From positions 248,001 to 312,000 of the forward strand of contig CAXIUT010000183.1 of NCBI GenBank assembly GCA_964035545.1: a stretch of DNA of 64,000 nucleotides, read 5' to 3'. A program made the translations under genes and the position numbers. This stretch comes from Bugula neritina. Lineage: Eukaryota; Animalia; Bryozoa. The notes below the pieces were generated by a model, which worked only from the letters and a program-made list of their open reading frames with translations, had not been told where the DNA came from and searched no databases. Below are positions 13,142 to 31,100 of this stretch, piece after piece; position 1 is the stretch's first letter, and the number at the start of each line of letters is the position of its first letter.

Positions 13142-15787
13142 AATATATGGTAAACTACTGAAATATACTGTAACACATTGAAAAATACTGCATCATACTG
13201 AAATATACTGCGACATAATGCAATATTCTGTAACATACTGAGATATGCTGTAGCACACTGAAATACACTACAACTCACTGAAACATACTGCAACATACTG
13301 AAATACACTGTAACATCCTACAACATACTGAAATACACAGTAACATATTGAAATACACTGCAACACATTGAAATATACTGCAACATACCTAAATATACGG
13401 TAATATACTGAAATATACTGTAACACATTGAAAAATACTGCAAGATACTGAAATATACTGTGACACATTGCAATATACTGTAACATACTGAAATATGCTC
13501 AAGCACACTGAAATACACTGCACCTCACTGAAACATACTGCAACATACTGAAAGACACTGCAACATCCTACAACATACTGAAATACACTGCAACATATTG
13601 AAAGACACTGCAAGACAATGAAATATACTGCAACATACTGAAATATACTGTAACACACTGAAATATACTGCAACATATTGAAATACACTGCTACATACTG
13701 AAATATACTGCAACATACTGCAACATACTGAAATACACGGTAACATACTGAAATACACTGCAACAAACTACAACATATTGAAATACACTGCAACACATTG
13801 AAATATACTGCAACATACCTAAATATACGGTAATATAGCGGAAAAAAACTGTAACAGATTGACAAATTCTGCAACATACTGAAATATACTGTAAGACACT
13901 GAAATATACTGCAACATACTGAAATACACTGCTAGATACTGAAATATACTGCAACATACTGCAACAATCTGAAATACACTGTAACATACTGAAATACACT
14001 GCAACAAACTACAACATATTGAAATACACTGCAACACATTGAAATATACTGCAACATGCCTAAATATACGGTAATATACCGAAAAAAAAACTGTGACAGA
14101 TTGAAATATTCCGCAACATACTGAAATAAACTGCAACACACTGAAATACACCGCAAAATACTACCACATACTGAAATACACTGTAACATATTGAAATACA
14201 CTGCAACACTTTGAAATATACTGCAACATACCGAAATATAGGGTAAACTACTAAAATATACTGTAACACTTTGAAAAACAGTGCAACATACTGAAATATA
14301 CTGCGACACTTTGCAATGTACTGTAACATACTGAAATATGCTGTAGCACACTGAAATACACTGCAACTCACTGAAATATACTGCAACATATTGAAATACA
14401 CTGCAACATCCTACAACATGCTAAAATACACTGTAACATATTGAAATACAGTACAACACATTGAAATATACTGCAACATACCGGAATATATGGTAAAGTA
14501 CTGAAATATACTGTAACACACTGAAAAATACTGCAACATACTGAAATATACTGCGACACATTGCAATATACTGCAACATACCAAAATATATGGTAAACTA
14601 CTGAAATATACTTTAACACATAGAAAAATACTGCAACATACTGAAATATACTGTAACACACTGAAATATACTGCAACATACTGAAATACACTGTAACATA
14701 CTGAAATAAACTGTAACATACTGAAATACACTGCAAACATCCTACAACATGCTAAAATACACTGTAACATATTGAAATACAGTACAACACATTGAAATAT
14801 ACTGCAACATACCGGAATATATGGTAAAGTACTGAAATATACTGTAACACACTGAAAAACACTGCAACATACTGAAATATACTGCGACACATTGCAATAT
14901 ACTGCAACATACCAAAATATATGGTAAACTACTGAAATATACTTTAACACATTGAAAAATACTGCAACATACTGAAATATATTGTAACACACTGAAATAT
15001 ACTGCAACATACTGAAATACACTGTAACATACTGAGATAAACTGCAACATACGAAAATATATGGTAAACTACTGAAATATAATTTAACACATTGAAAAAT
15101 CCTGCAACATACTAAAATATACTGTAACACACTGCAAGATACTGCAACATACCGAAATACACTGTAACATAGTGAAACACACTGCAACATACTGCATTAT
15201 ACTGACATACACTGGAACATATTGAAATATACTGCAACATACCTAAATATCCGGTAATATACTGAAATATACTGTAACACATTGAAAAATACTGCAACAT
15301 ACTGAAATACACTGCAACCCACTGAAATACATCGCAAAAGACTACAACATACTGAAATACACTGAAACACACTGAAATATACTCTGACACAATGCAAAAT
15401 ACTGTAACATACTGAAATATGCTGTAGCACACTGAAATACACTGCAACTCACTGAAATATACTGCAACATACTGAAAAACACTGTAACATATTGAGACAT
15501 ACTGCAACATACTGCAACATACTGAAATACACTGTAACATACTGAAATAAATTGCAAAATACTACAACATATTGAAATACACTGCAACACATTGAAATAT
15601 ACTGCAACATACCTAAATATCCGGTAATATACTGAGATATACTGTAACACATTGAAAAATACTGCAACATACTGAAATACACTGCAACCCACTGAAATAC
15701 ATCGCAAAAGACTACAACATACTGAAATACACTGTAACATATTGAAATACACTGCAACACATTGAAATATACTGCAACATACCGCAA

Positions 15788-16543
15788 CACAGGATAGTTA
15801 AGGGCAACCTTTTAGCTGCAACTGCCTTGCTGAGGTTTGCATTGTAATCATATAAGAATTCAGTACCAGTAAAATAAGATCTCACCTAATTGTGCTAGAG
15901 TCAAAATTTAAAAACTATGTTGTAGATCTTCTTTTTCTCCAGTGTAAGTTTTTTGGAAATTTCAATTTTCATTTTTTTTGCGAAGTTATAGACAAAAAAC
16001 TGCCGAATTTTGGCCAGTTTTGCCTGAAAAGCTGACTTTTCAGTACCAGTAAAATATCTCAGCAGCAAAGCATGATATCTGAAAAAAAATTGCACTGCTG
16101 GAATCCTGAGATATTTCTCCAGTGTAAGTTTTTTTCTTTTTTCAATAACTCTGCTAGATTGCTCATAAATTGGTGATTTATACACTGAAAATGCCATATT
16201 TTCTCATAAGAAACTAGCAGCGCGCAGCACTTCACGCTTCACTGAGCATGTAGGGATGAGAAGATATTGGCGCCTACATAATAATTACAGGCTAGCTAGC
16301 TGGCAGGCTATAATGAATAGCTTGCTTTGTACTTTGTTTATTTAGCACCCATAATGGAATGTTGATAGATAACGCAGCCCTAATGAAGGTTGCTGCTTAT
16401 TGGTTGTAGTTTAATCTTAGGCTAAACAATTACAAGTAGGCAACACGCATGCCACCCGCAGAGCAATATTATTCAAGAACCTGAACTACATTTTGAGAGA
16501 AATTTATGATATTCTTAGTGAGGATGCCCTTAACTATCCTGTG
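15788..16543. mobile_element. MITE copy 3 (insertion B, duplicated with flanks), 756 bp
   Basis: Same TIRs, AA TSD and flanks as copy 2; offset 3402 bp. Confidence 0.93.
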
Positions 16544-19500
16544 AATATATGGTAAACTACTGAAATATACTGTAACACATTGAAAAATACTGCATCATAC
16601 TGAAATATACTGCGACATAATGCAATATTCTGTAACATACTGAGATATGCTGTAGCACACTGAAATACACTACAACTCACTGAAACATACTGCAACATAC
16701 TGAAATACACTGTAACATCCTACAACATACTGAAATACACAGTAACATATTGAAATACACTGCAACACATTGAAATATACTGCAACATACCTAAATATAC
16801 GGTAATATACTGAAATATACTGTAACACATTGAAAAATACTGCAAGATACTGAAATATACTGTGACACATTGCAATATACTGTAACATACTGAAATATGC
16901 TCAAGCACACTGAAATACACTGCACCTCACTGAAACATACTGCAACATACTGAAAGACACTGCAACATCCTACAACATACTGAAATACACTGCAACATAT
17001 TGAAAGACACTGCAAGACAATGAAATATACTGCAACATACTGAAATATACTGTAACACACTGAAATATACTGCAACATACTGAAATACACTGCTACATAC
17101 TGAAATATACTGCAACATACTGCAACATACTGAAATACACGGTAACATACTGAAATACACTGCAACAAACTACAACATATTGAAATACACTGCAACACAT
17201 TGAAATATACTGCAACATACCTAAATATACGGTAATATAGCGGAAAAAAACTGTAACAGATTGAAAAATTCTGCAACATACTGAAATATACTGCGACACA
17301 TTGCAATATACTGTAACATACTGAAATATGCTCTAGCACACTGAAATACACTGCAACCCACTGAAATATACTGCAACATACGGAAATACACTGCAACACA
17401 TTGAAATACACTGCAACATACCAAAATAAATGGTAAACTACTGAAATATACTTTAACACATTGAAAAATACTGCAAAAACTGAAATATACTGTAACACAC
17501 TGAAATATACTGCAACATACTGAAATACACTGTAACATATTGAAATACACTGCAAGAAACTACAACATATTGAAATACACTGCAACGCATTGAAAGACAC
17601 TGCAACACATTGAAATATACTGCAATATACCAATATATATGGTAAACTGCTGAAATATACTTTAACACATTGAAAAATACTGCAACATACTGAAATATAC
17701 TGTAACACACTGAAATATACTGCAACATACTGAAATACACTGCTAGATACTGAAATATACTGCAACATACTGCAACAATCTGAAATACACCGTAACATAC
17801 TGAAATACACTGCAACAAACTACAACATATTGAAATACACTGCAACACATTGAAATATACTGCAACATACCTGAATATACGGTAATATACCGAGAAAAAA
17901 AACTGTAACAGATTGAAAAATTCTGCAACATACTGAAATAAACTGCAACACACTGAAATACACCGCAAAATACTACAACATACTGAAATACACTGTAACA
18001 TATTGAAATACACTGCAACACGTTGAAATATACTGCAACATACTGAAATATAATATGTTAAACTACTAAAATATACTGTAACACTTTGAAAAACAGTGCA
18101 ACTTACTGAAATATACTGCGACACTTTGCAATGTACTGTAACATGCTGAAATATGCTGTAGCACACTGAAATACACTGCAACTCACTGAAATATACTGCA
18201 ACATATTGAAATACACTGCAACATCCTACAACATGCTAAAATACACTGTAACATATTGAAATACAGTACAACACATTGAAATATACTGCAACATACCGGA
18301 ATATATGGTAAAGTACTGAAATATACTGTAACACACTGAAAAATACTGCAACATACTGAAATATACTGCGACACATTGCAATATACTGCAACATACCAAA
18401 ATATATGGTAAACTACTGAAATATACTTTAACACATTGAAAAATACTGCAACATACTAAAATATACTGTAACACACTGAAATATACTGCAACATACTGAA
18501 ATACACTGTAACATACTGAAATAAACTGCAACATACCAAAATATATGGTAAACTACTGAAATATACTTTAACACATTGAAAAATCCTGCAACATACTAAA
18601 ATATACTGTAACACACTGCAAGATACTGCAACATACCGAAATACACTGTAACATAGTGAAACACACTGCAACATACTGCATTATACTGACATACACTGGA
18701 ACATATTGAAATACACTGCAACACATTGAAAAATACTGCAACATACCGAAATATATGGTAAACTATTGAATTATACTGTAACACATTGAAAAATACTGAA
18801 ACACACTGAAATATACTCTGACACAATGCAAAATACTGTAACATACTGAAATATGCTGTAGCACACTGAAATACACTGCAACTCACTGAAATATACTGCA
18901 ACATACTGAAAAACACTGTAACATATTGAGACATACTGCAACATACTGCAACATACTGAAATACACTGTAACATACTGAAATACATTGCAAAATACTGCA
19001 ACATATTGAAATACACTGCAACACATTGAAATATACTGCAACATACCTAAATATCCGGTAATATACTGAAATATACTGTAACACATTGAAAAATACTGCA
19101 ACATACTGAAATACACTGCAACCCACTGAAATACATCGCAAAAGACTACAACATACTGAAATACACTGAAACACACTGAAATATACTCTGACACAATGCA
19201 AAATACTGTAACATACTGAAATATGCTGTAGCACACTGAAATACACTGCAACTCACTGAAATATACTGCAACATACTGAAAAACACTGTAACATATTGAG
19301 ACATACTGCAACATACTGCAACATACTGAAATACACTGTAACATACTGAAATACATTGCAAAATACTGCAACATATTGAAATACACTGCAACACATTGAA
19401 ATATACTGCAACATACCTAAATATCCGGTAATATACTGAGATATACTGTAACACATTGAAAAATACTGCAACATATTGAAATACACTGCAACCCACTGAA

Positions 19501-19841
19501 ATACATCGCAAAAGACTACAACATACTGAAATACACTGTAACATATTGAAATACACTGCAACACATTGAAATATACTGCAAACTATAGAAATATATGGTA
19601 AACTACTGAAATATACTGTAACACATTGAAAAATACTGCAACATACTGAAACATACTGCAACACATTGCAATATACTGTAACATACTGAAACATGCTGTA
19701 GAACACTGAAATAGACTGCAGCTCACTGAAATATACTGCAACATACTGAAATTCACTGCAGCATCCTACAACATGCTGAAATACACTGTAACATATTGAA
19801 ATACACTGCAACACATTGAAATATACTGCAACATACCGCAA

Positions 19842-20597
19842 CACAGGATAGTTAAGGGCAACCTTTTAGCTGCAACTGCCTTGCTGAGGTTTGCATTGTA
19901 ATCATATAAGAATTCAGTACCAGTAAAATAAGATCTCACCTAATTGTGCTAGAGTCAAAATTTAAAAACTATGTTGTAGATCTTCTTTTTCTCCAGTGTA
20001 ATTTTTTTGGAAATTTCAATTTTCATTTTTTTTGCGAAGTTATAGACAAAAAACTGCCGAATTTTGGCCAATTTTGCCTGAAAAGCTGACTTTTCAGTAC
20101 CAGTAAAATATCTCAGCAGCAAAGCATGATATCTGAAAAAAAATTGCACTGCTGGAATCCTGAGATATTTCTCCAGTGTAAGTTTTTTTCTTTTTTCAAT
20201 AACTCTGCTAGATTGCTCATAAATTGGTGATTTATACACTGAAAATGCCATATTTTCTCATAAGAAACTAGCAGCGCGCAGCACTTCACGCTTCACTGAG
20301 CATGTAGGGATGAGAAGATATTGGCGCCTACATAATAATTACAGGCTAGCTAGCTGGCAGGCTATAATGAATAGCTTGCTTTGTACTTTGTTTATTTAGC
20401 ACCCATAATGGAATGTTGATAGATAACGCAGCCCTAATGAAGGTTGCTGCTTATTGGTTGTAGTTTAATCTTAGGCTAAACAATTACAAGGAGGCAACAC
20501 GCATGCCACCCGCAGAGCAATATTATTCAAGAACCTGAACTACATTTTGAGAGAAATTTATGATATTCTTAGTGAGGATGCCCTTAACTATCCTGTG
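19842..20597. mobile_element. MITE copy 4 (insertion B), 756 bp
   Basis: Same TIRs, AA TSD and immediate flanks; offset 4054 bp from copy 3. Confidence 0.93.
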
Positions 20598-23500
20598 AAT
20601 ATATGGTAAACTACTGAAATATACTGTAACACATTGAAAAATACTGCATCATACTGAAATATACTGCGACATAATGCAATATTCTGTAACATACTGAGAT
20701 ATGCTGTAGCACACTGAAATACACTACAACTCACTGAAACATACTGCAACATACTGAAATACACTGTAACATCCTACAACATACTGAAATACACAGTAAC
20801 ATATTGAAATACACTGCAACACATTGAAATATACTGCAACATACCTAAATATACGGTAATATACTGAAATATACTGTAACACATTGAAAAATACTGCAAG
20901 ATACTGAAATATACTGTGACACATTGCAATATACTGTAACATACTGAAATATGCTCAAGCACACTGAAATACACTGCACCTCACTGAAACATACTGCAAC
21001 ATACTGAAATACACTGCAACATCCTACAACATACTGAAATACACTGCAACATATTGAAAGACACTGCAAGACAATGAAATATACTGCAACATACTGAAAT
21101 ATACTGTAACACACTGAAATATACTGCAACATACTGAAATACACTGCTACATACTGAAATATACTGCAACATACTGCAACATACTGAAATACACGGTAAC
21201 ATACTGAAATACACTGCAACAAACTACAACATATTGAAATACACTGCAACACATTGAAATATACTGCAACATACCTAAATATACGGTAATATAGCGGAAA
21301 GAAACTGTAACAGATTGACAAATTCTGCAACATACTGAAATATACTGCGACACATTGCAATATACTGTAACATACTGAAATATGCTCTAGCACACTGAAA
21401 TACACTGCAACCCACTGAAATATACTGCAACATACGGAAATACACTGCAACACATTGAAATACACTGCAACATACCAAAATAAATGGTAAACTACTGAAA
21501 TATACTTTAACACATTGAAAAATACTGCAAAAACTGAAATATACTGTAACACACTGAAATATACTGCAACATACTGAAATACACCGCAAAATACTACAAC
21601 ATACTGAAATACACTGTAACATATTGAAATACACTGCAACACTTTGAAATATACTGCAACATATCGAAATATATGGTAAACTACTAAAATATACTGTAAC
21701 ACTTTGAAAAACAGTGCAACATACTGAAATATACTGCGACACTTTGCAATGTACTGTAACATACTGAAATATGCTGTAGCACACTGAAATACACTGCAAC
21801 TCACTGAAATATACTGCAACATATTGAAATACACTGCAACAGCCTACAACATGCTAAAATACACTGTAACATATTGAAATACAGTACAACACATGGAAAT
21901 ATACTGCAACATACCGGAATATATGGTAAAGTACTGAAATATACTGTAACACACTGAAAAATACTGCAACATACTGAAATATACTGCAACCCACTGAAAT
22001 ACATCGCAAAAGACTACAACATACTGAAATACACTGTAACACACTGAAATATACTGCAACATACTGAAATACACTGAAACATACTGAAATAAACTGCAAC
22101 ATACCAAAATATATTGTAAACTACTGAAATATACTGTAACACACTGAAAAATACTGCAACATACTGAAATATACTGCGACACATTGCAATATACTGCAAC
22201 ATACCAAAATATATGGTAAACTACTGAAATATACTTTAACACATTGAAAATTACTGCAACATACTGAAATATACTGTAACACACTGAAATATACTGCAAC
22301 ACTTTGAAATATACTGCAACATACCGAAATATAATATGTTAAACTACTAAAATATACTGTAACACTTTGAAAAACAGTGCAACTTACTGAAATATACTGC
22401 GACACTTTGCAATGTACTGTAACATGCTGAAATATGCTGTAGCACACTGAAATACACTGCAACTCACTGAAATATACTGCAAAAAATTGAAATACACTGC
22501 AACATCCTACAACATGCTAAAATACACTGTAACATATTTAAATACAGTACAACACATTGAAATATACTGCAACATACCGGAACATATGGTAAAGTACTGA
22601 AATATACTGTAACACACTGAAAAATACTGCAACATACTGAAATATACTGCGACACATTGCAATATACTGCAACATACCAAAATATATGGTAAACTACTGA
22701 AATATACTTTAACACATTGAAAAATACTGCAACATACTGAAATATACTGTAACACACTGAAATATACTGCAACATACTGAAATACACTGTAACATACTGA
22801 AATAAACTGCAACATACCAAAATATATGGTAAACTACTGAAATATACTTTAACACATTGAAAAATCCTGCAACATACTAAAATATACTGTAACACACAGC
22901 AAGATACTGCAACATACCGAAATACACTGTAACATAGTGAAACACACTGCAACATACTGCATTATACTGACATACACTGGAACATATTGAAATACACTGC
23001 AACATCCTACAACATGCTGAAATACGCTGTAACATATTGAAATACACTGCAACACATTGAAAAATACTGCAACATACCGAAATATATGGTAAACTATTGA
23101 ATTATACTGTAACACATTGAAAAATACTGAAACACACTGAAATATACTCTGACACAATGCAAAATACTGTAACATACTGAAATATGCTGTAGCACACTGA
23201 AATACACTGCAACTGACTGAAATATACTGCAACATACTGAAAAACACTGTAACATATTGAGACATATTGCAACATACTGCAACATACTGAAATACACTGT
23301 AACATACTGAAATACATTGCAAAATACTGCAACATATTGAAATACACTGCAACACATTGAAATATACTGCAACATACCTAAATATCCGGTAATATACTGA
23401 AATATACTGTAACACATTGAAAAATACTGCAACATACTGAAATACACTGCAACCCACTGAAATACATCGCAAAAGACTACAACATACTGAAATACACTGT

Positions 23501-25392
23501 AACATATTGAAATACACTGCAACACATTGAAATATACTGCAACCTATAGAAATATATGGTAAACTACTGAAATATACTGTAACACATTGAAAAATACTGC
23601 AACATACTGAAATATACTGTAACACACTGAAATATACTGCAACATACTGAAATACACTGTAACATACTGAAATAAACTGCAACATACTGAAGTACACTGC
23701 AACATCCTACAACATACTGAAATACAATGTAACATATTGAAACACACTGCAACACATTGAAATATACTGCAATGTACCGAATTATATGGTGGACTACTGA
23801 AATATACTGTAACACATTGAAAAATACTGCAAGATACTGAAATATACTGCGACACATTGCAATATACTGTAAGATACTGAAATATGCTACAGCACACTGA
23901 AATACACTGCAACTCACTGAAATATACTGCAAGATATTGAAATACACTGCAACATTCTACAACATGCTGAAACACACTGTAACGTATTGAAATACACTGC
24001 AACACATTGAAATATACAGCAACATACCGAAATAAATGGTAAACTACTGAAATAGACTGTAACACATTGCAAAAGACTGCAACATACTGAAATATACTGC
24101 GACACATTGCAATATACTGTAACATACTGAAATATGCTCTAGCACACTGAAATACACTGCAACTCACTGCAAGATACTGCAACATACCGAAATACACTGT
24201 AACATAGTGAAACACACTGCAACATACTGCATTATACTGACATACACTGGAACATATTGAAATACACTGCAACACATTGAAAAATACTGCAACATACCGA
24301 AATATATGGTAAACTATTGAATTATACTGTAACACATTGAAAAATACTGAAACACACTGAAATATACTCTGACACAATGCAAAATACTGTAACATACTGA
24401 AATATGCTGTAGCACACTGAAATACACTGCAACTCACTGAAATATACTGCAACATACTGAAAAACACTGTAACATATTGAGACATACTGCAACATACTGC
24501 AACATACTGAAATACACTGTAACATACTGAAATACATTGCAAAATACTGCAACATATTGAAATACACTGCAACACATTGAAATATACTGCAACATACCTA
24601 AATATCCGGTTATATACTGAAATATACTGTAACACATTGAAAAATACTGCAACATACTGAAATACACTGCAACCCACTGAAATACATCGCAAAAGACTAC
24701 AACATACTGAAATACACTGAAACACACTGAAATATACTCTGACACAATGCAAAATACTGTAACATACTGAAGTATGCTGTAGCACACTGAAATACACTGC
24801 AACTCACTGAAATATACTGCAACATACTGAAAAACACTGTAACATATTGAGACATACTGCAACATACTGCAACATACTGAAATACACTGTAACATACTGA
24901 AATACATTGCAAAATACTGCAACATATTGAAATACACTGCAACACATTTAAATATACTGCAACATACCTAAATATCCGGTAATATACTGAGATATACTGT
25001 AACACATTGAAAAATACTGCAACATATTGAAATACACTGCAACCCACTGAAATACATCGCAAAAGACTACAACATACTGAAATACACTGTAACATATTGA
25101 AATACACTGCAACACAATGAAATATACTGCAACCTATAGAAATATATGGTAAACTACTGAAATATACTGTAACACATTGAAAAATACTGCAACATACTGA
25201 AACATACTGCAACACATTGCAATATACTGTAACATACTGAAACATGCTGTAGCACACTGAAATAGACTGCAGCTCACTGAAATATACTGCAACATACTGA
25301 AATTCACTGCAGCATCCTACAACATGCTGAAATACACTGTAACATATTGAAATACACTGCAACACATTGAAATATACTGCAACATACCGCAA

Positions 25393-26148
25393 CACAGGAT
25401 AGTTAAGGGCAACCTTTTAGCTGCAACTGCCTTGCTGAGGTTTGCATTGTAATCATATAAGAATTCAGTACCAGTAAAATAAGATCTCACCTAATTGTGC
25501 TAGAGTCAAAATTTAAAAACTATGTTGTAGATCTTCTTTTTCTCCAGTGTAATTTTTTTGGAAATTTCAATTTTCATTTTTTTTGCGAAGTTATAGACAA
25601 AAAACTGCCGAATTTTGGCCAATTTTGCCTGAAAAGCTGACTTTTCAGTACCAGTAAAATATCTCAGCAGCAAAGCATGATATCTGAAAAAAAATTGCAC
25701 TGCTGGAATCCTGAGATATTTCTCCAGTGTAAGTTTTTTTCTTTTTTCAATAACTCTGCTAGATTGCTCATAAATTGGTGATTTATACACTGAAAATGCC
25801 ATATTTTCTCATAAGAAACTAGCAGCGCGCAGCACTTCACGCTTCACTGAGCATGTAGGGATGAGAAGATATTGGCGCCTACATAATAATTACAGGCTAG
25901 CTAGCTGGCAGGCTATAATGAATAGCTTGCTTTGTACTTTGTTTATTTAGCACCCATAATGGAATGTTGATAGATAACGCAGCCCTAATGAAGGTTGCTG
26001 CTTATTGGTTGTAGTTTAATCTTAGGCTAAACAATTACAAGGAGGCAACACGCATGCCACCCGCAGAGCAATATTATTCAAGAACCTGAACTACATTTTG
26101 AGAGAAATTTATGATATTCTTAGTGAGGATGCCCTTAACTATCCTGTG
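25393..26148. mobile_element. MITE copy 5 (insertion B), 756 bp
   Basis: Same TIRs, TSD and flanks; offset 5551 bp from copy 4. Confidence 0.93.
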
Positions 26149-28181
26149 AATATATGGTAAACTACTGAAATATACTGTAACACATTGAAAAATACTGCAT
26201 CATACTGAAATATACTGCGACATAATGCAATATTCTGTAACATACTGAGATATGCTGTAGCACACTGAAATACACTACAACTCACTGAAACATACTGCAA
26301 CATACTGAAATACACTGTAACATCCTACAACATACTGAAATACACAGTAACATATTGAAATACACTGCAACACATTGAAATATACTGCAACATACCTAAA
26401 TATACGGTAATATACTGAAATATACTGTAACACATTGAAAAATACTGCAAGATACTGAAATATACTGTGACACATTGCAATATACTGTAACATACTGAAA
26501 TATGCTCAAGCACACTGAAATACACTGCACCTCACTGAAACATACTGCAACATACTGAAATACACTGCAACATCCTACAACATACTGAAATACACTGCAA
26601 CATATTGAAAGACACTGCAAGACAATGAAATATACTGCAACATACTGAAATATACTGTAACACACTGAAATATACTGCAACATACTGAAATACACTGCTA
26701 CATACTGAAATATACTGCAACATACTGCAACATACTGAAATACACGGTAACATACTGAAATACACTGCAACAAACTACAACATATTGAAATACACTGCAA
26801 CACATTGAAATATACTGCAACATACCTAAATATACGGTAATATAGCGGAAAGAAACTGTAACAGATTGACAAATTCTGCAACATACTGAAATATACTGCG
26901 ACACATTGCAATATACTGTAACATACTGAAATATGCTCTAGCACACTGAAATACACTGCAACCCACTGAAATATACTGCAACATACGGAAATACACTGCA
27001 ACACATTGAAATACACTGCAACATACCAAAATAAATGGTAAACTACTGAAATATACTTTAACACATTGAAAAATACTGCAAAAACTGAAATATACTGTAA
27101 CACACTGAAATATACTGCAACATACTGAAATACACCGCAAAATACTACAACATACTGAAATACACTGTAACATATTGAAATACACTGCAACACTTTGAAA
27201 TATACTGCAACATATCGAAATATATGGTAAACTACTAAAATATACTGTAACACTTTGAAAAACAGTGCAACATACTGAAATATACTGCGACACTTTGCAA
27301 TGTACTGTAACATACTGAAATATGCTGTAGCACACTGAAATACACTGCAACTCACTGAAATATACTGCAACATATTGAAATACACTGCAACAGCCTACAA
27401 CATGCTAAAATACACTGTAACATATTGAAATACAGTACAACACATGGAAATATACTGCAACATACCGGAATATATGGTAAAGTACTGAAATATACTGTAA
27501 CACACTGAAAAATACTGCAACATACTGAAATATACTGCAACCCACTGAAATACATCGCAAAAGACTACAACATACTGAAATACACTGTAACACACTGAAA
27601 TATACTGCAACATACTGAAATACACTGAAACATACTGAAATAAACTGCAACATACCAAAATATATTGTAAACTACTGAAATATACTGTAACACACTGAAA
27701 AATACTGCAACATACTGAAATATACTGCGACACATTGCAATATACTGCAACATACCAAAATATATGGTAAACTACTGAAATATACTTTAACACATTGAAA
27801 ATTACTGCAACATACTGAAATATACTGTAACACACTGAAATATACTGCAACACTTTGAAATATACTGCAACATACCGAAATATAATATGTTAAACTACTA
27901 AAATATACTGTAACACTTTGAAAAACAGTGCAACTTACTGAAATATACTGCGACACTTTGCAATGTACTGTAACATGCTGAAATATGCTGTAGCACACTG
28001 AAATACACTGCAACTCACTGAAATATACTGCAAAAAATTGAAATACACTGCAACATCCTACAACATGCTAAAATACACTGTAACATATTTAAATACAGTA
28101 CAACACATTGAAATATACTGCAACATACCGGAACATATGGTAAAGTACTGAAATATACTGTAACACACTGAAAAATACTGC

Positions 28182-31100
28182 AACATACTGAAATATACTG
28201 CGACACATTGCAATATACTGCAACATACCAAAATATATGGTAAACTACTGAAATATACTTTAACACATTGAAAAATACTGCAACATACTGAAATATACTG
28301 TAACACACTGAAATATACTGCAACATACTGAAATACACTGTAACATACTGAAATAAACTGCAACATACCAAAATATATGGTAAACTACTGAAATATACTT
28401 TAACACATTGAAAAATCCTGCAACATACTAAAATATACTGTAACACACAGCAAGATACTGCAACATACCGAAATACACTGTAACATAGTGAAACACACTG
28501 CAACATACTGCATTATACTGACATACACTGGAACATATTGAAATACACTGCAACATCCTACAACATGCTGAAATACGCTGTAACATATTGAAATACACTG
28601 CAACACATTGAAAAATACTGCAACATACCGAAATATATGGTAAACTATTGAATTATACTGTAACACATTGAAAAATACTGAAACACACTGAAATATACTC
28701 TGACACAATGCAAAATACTGTAACATACTGAAATATGCTGTAGCACACTGAAATACACTGCAACTGACTGAAATATACTGCAACATACTGAAAAACACTG
28801 TAACATATTGAGACATATTGCAACATACTGCAACATACTGAAATACACTGTAACATACTGAAATACATTGCAAAATACTGCAACATATTGAAATACACTG
28901 CAACACATTGAAATATACTGCAACATACCTAAATATCCGGTAATATACTGAAATATACTGTAACACATTGAAAAATACTGCAACATACTGAAATACACTG
29001 CAACCCACTGAAATACATCGCAAAAGACTACAACATACTGAAATACACTGTAACATATTGAAATACACTGCAACACATTGAAATATACTGCAACCTATAG
29101 AAATATATGGTAAACTACTGAAATATACTGTAACACATTGAAAAATACTGCAACATACTGAAATATACTGTAACACACTGAAATATACTGCAACATACTG
29201 AAATACACTGTAACATACTGAAATAAACTGCAACATACTGAAGTACACTGCAACATCCTACAACATACTGAAATACAATGTAACATATTGAAACACACTG
29301 CAACACATTGAAATATACTGCAATGTACCGAATTATATGGTGGACTACTGAAATATACTGTAACACATTGAAAAATACTGCAAGATACTGAAATATACTG
29401 CGACACATTGCAATATACTGTAAGATACTGAAATATGCTACAGCACACTGAAATACACTGCAACTCACTGAAATATACTGCAAGATATTGAAATACACTG
29501 CAACATTCTACAACATGCTGAAACACACTGTAACGTATTGAAATACACTGCAACACATTGAAATATACAGCAACATACCGAAATAAATGGTAAACTACTG
29601 AAATAGACTGTAACACATTGCAAAAGACTGCAACATACTGAAATATACTGCGACACATTGCAATATACTGTAACATACTGAAATATGCTCTAGCACACTG
29701 AAATACACTGCAACTCACTGCAAGATACTGCAACATACCGAAATACACTGTAACATAGTGAAACACACTGCAACATACTGCATTATACTGACATACACTG
29801 GAACATATTGAAATACACTGCAACACATTGAAAAATACTGCAACATACCGAAATATATGGTAAACTATTGAATTATACTGTAACACATTGAAAAATACTG
29901 AAACACACTGAAATATACTCTGACACAATGCAAAATACTGTAACATACTGAAATATACTGCGACACATTGCAATATACTGCAACATACCAAAATATATGG
30001 TAAACTACTGAAATATACTTTAACACATTGAAAAATACTGCAACATACTGAAATATACTGTAACACACTGAAATATACTGCAACATACTGAAATACACTG
30101 TAACATACTGAAATAAACTGCAACATACCAAAATATATGGTAAACTACTGAAATATACTTTAACACATTGAAAAATCCTGCAACATACTAAAATATACTG
30201 TAACACACAGCAAGATACTGCAACATACCGAAATACACTGTAACATAGTGAAACACACTGCAACATACTGCATTATACTGACATACACTGGAACATATTG
30301 AAATACACTGCAACATCCTACAACATGCTGAAATACGCTGTAACATATTGAAATACACTGCAACACATTGAAAAATACTGCAACATACCGAAATATATGG
30401 TAAACTATTGAATTATACTGTAACACATTGAAAAATACTGAAACACACTGAAATATACTCTGACACAATGCAAAATACTGTAACATACTGAAATATGCTG
30501 TAGCACACTGAAATACACTGCAACTGACTGAAATATACTGCAACATACTGAAAAACACTGTAACATATTGAGACATATTGCAACATACTGCAACATACTG
30601 AAATACACTGTAACATACTGAAATACATTGCAAAATACTGCAACATATTGAAATACACTGCAACACATTGAAATATACTGCAACATACCTAAATATCCGG
30701 TAATATACTGAAATATACTGTAACACATTGAAAAATACTGCAACATACTGAAATACACTGCAACCCACTGAAATACATCGCAAAAGACTACAACATACTG
30801 AAATACACTGTAACATATTGAAATACACTGCAACACATTGAAATATACTGCAACCTATAGAAATATATGGTAAACTACTGAAATATACTGTAACACATTG
30901 AAAAATACTGCAACATACTGAAATATACTGTAACACACTGAAATATACTGCAACATACTGAAATACACTGTAACATACTGAAATAAACTGCAACATACTG
31001 AAGTACACTGCAACATCCTACAACATACTGAAATACAATGTAACATATTGAAACACACTGCAACACATTGAAATATACTGCAATGTACCGAATTATATGG

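Larger units (their letters stand above)
10480..17270. repeat. MITE-containing higher-order duplication, period about 3401-3402 bp; boundaries approximate
   Basis: ORFs 10531..10965 vs 13932..14366 (+3401), 11940..12350 vs 15342..15752 (+3402) and 13268..13486 vs 16670..16888 (+3402); MITE copies 2 and 3. Confidence 0.85.
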